Virus genome (UHGV): UHGV-0342645
Origin: a virus
DNA length: 59,919 nucleotides
Reading direction: 5' to 3' (one strand)
Shown: positions 59,076-59,919 of the stretch, in pieces
Layout: each line of letters opens with the position of its first letter
How positions within the stretch are numbered: the stretch's first letter is position 1
Program-made: the position numbers and the translations under genes
The notes under the pieces: model-generated
Databases searched by the model: none
Seen by the model: only the letters and a program-made list of their open reading frames with translations
What the model was told of the DNA's origin: nothing

Positions 59076-59919
59076 TTATTTCTTAGCAGGACGTACAGGC
59101 TTCAGTGGGTCTACGCCATTCTTTTCAGCTAAACGTTTAGCTAAAGATTGGTTAGTTTTCCAGAGATTCATCTGCTTAGAGATGTTCCAACCGTCGTGAC
59201 TGTATGGATCTTCACCGTGATGGCCACCCGCGCCCGGACCAGATGCACCACCACCAGCAGATCCTTCAACCCAGTGCGGACGTTTCGGAAGGATTTCGTT
59301 CAGCCAGTCCGCCGGAGTTAGGTAAGGAGTTACACCAGCCCCATCTTTCGTAACCACATTACCGTTCTCGTCGACAGTCATTTGCAACTGCGCATAAGTT
59401 ACAGCGTCTTCGATAGCAGATGGACGCAATTTAGCACCAGAAGCAGCGGCAATAACTGCATCTTTAATCTTCGCTTTAGTTTCGCGAGTGCGGTAGCCTT
59501 CAATTTCCTGCTTAACCGTGTCACGCTCGGCGATAACAGTTTGCAATTGACGCTCGAGCGGCGCAAGACGGGCTTTGACCATCTTCTCAATGTCTTCCGG
59601 ATTGCCTTTACCGTTAGCAGCAGCTTCCAGCTCAGGGATACGATCCAAATCCGCCAGGACTTCTTCAACTGGACGCCCCAGTGCGCTAATTTGTTGTTTC
59701 ACCTGACGATGATCGTTACGCTCTTTTGCTAACGCACTTTCCAGACGACGAACGCTATCAGCAGGTGCTACACCTTTGACTTTTGCAAGAACGTATTTAC
59801 CGCCCTGCTCTGCGTAAAGAGTTGCAAATTCCGCTGGGATTTCTTCCGCAGATGCGTACTCGTATTGTAATTCCACATCACCTTCACCGCGAGCGCGTGG
59901 ATTAATTAAAGCAAAACCA
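59076..59919 (-). CDS. head scaffolding-like protein (3' portion; true start at 29 across the window junction)
   Basis: Open frame continues upstream of the track GTG start to the window edge, with no SD before the GTG. Charged helical protein with a Gly-rich C-terminal region, between the portal and capsid genes. Confidence 0.65.
   Translation of the reverse strand, partial: GFALINPRARGEGDVELQYEYASAEEIPAEFATLYAEQGGKYVLAKVKGVAPADSVRRLESALAKERNDHRQVKQQISALGRPVEEVLADLDRIPELEAAANGKGNPEDIEKMVKARLAPLERQLQTVIAERDTVKQEIEGYRTRETKAKIKDAVIAAASGAKLRPSAIEDAVTYAQLQMTVDENGNVVTKDGAGVTPYLTPADWLNEILPKRPHWVEGSAGGGASGPGAGGHHGEDPYSHDGWNISKQMNLWKTNQSLAKRLAEKNGVDPLKPVRPAKK

Noticed and set aside
1-59919. Search for tRNA genes, CRISPR arrays, integrase/excisionase, CI/Cro-type repressors, transposases and classical toxin genes
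   Set aside because: I saw no T-loop (GTTCRANYC) or cloverleaf candidates in the intergenic regions, no regularly spaced direct repeats with unique spacers, and no tyrosine/serine recombinase or transposase motifs in the translations. The absence is by eye only and should be confirmed with tRNAscan-SE/ARAGORN and profile searches.

Overview
The window looks like a complete, circularly closed genome of a lytic siphovirus of Enterobacteria in the 7-deazaguanine-modifying group (Queuovirinae, closest in layout to Seuratvirus/CAjan). Its two ends join in frame inside a head scaffolding-like gene. Two divergent arms start at a compact back-to-back promoter pair (~10783..10833) and converge at ~39404..39431. 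The leftward (minus) arm runs: small early genes, an HslV-like Ntn hydrolase, a C39-like peptidase, a SLOG/DUF2493 protein, then a lysis cassette (endolysin-like, holin, overlapping Rz/Rz1). It continues with terS/terL, portal, [window wrap] scaffold, major capsid, Ig-like decoration protein, connectors and major tail protein. Next come a tail chaperone with a -1 frameshift, the tape measure, minor tail proteins, a J-like tip protein and two fibre/spike genes, and it ends in a terminator-isolated Cys/Gly/His-rich gene cluster of unknown role. The rightward (plus) arm carries an AT-rich iteron region, a primase-helicase and a promoter-to-terminator non-coding unit. It then carries a resolvase-like nuclease, dUTPase, RNase H-like protein, DNA ligase, Sak4-like ATPase, DUF669 SSB, Cas4-like nuclease and an SF2 helicase. 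It ends with the preQ0/DpdA DNA-hypermodification island (queE, queC, yhhQ-like, queD, folE, HNH, dpdA), a clamp-like protein, a family B polymerase and small membrane proteins. I found no integrase, CI-like repressor, tRNA or CRISPR array. All calls rest on reading the sequence and ORF translations by eye. Family assignments are motif-based recollection, not database searches. The most interesting unexplained items are: the unassigned ORFs and hairpin inside the deazaguanine island, the candidate ncRNA at 17.9-18.3 kb, the iteron region at 12.5-13.25 kb, the C-rich palindromic element at 10.07-10.34 kb, the early protease/SLOG genes, the lipoprotein moron between tail genes, and the distal Cys/Gly-rich module.
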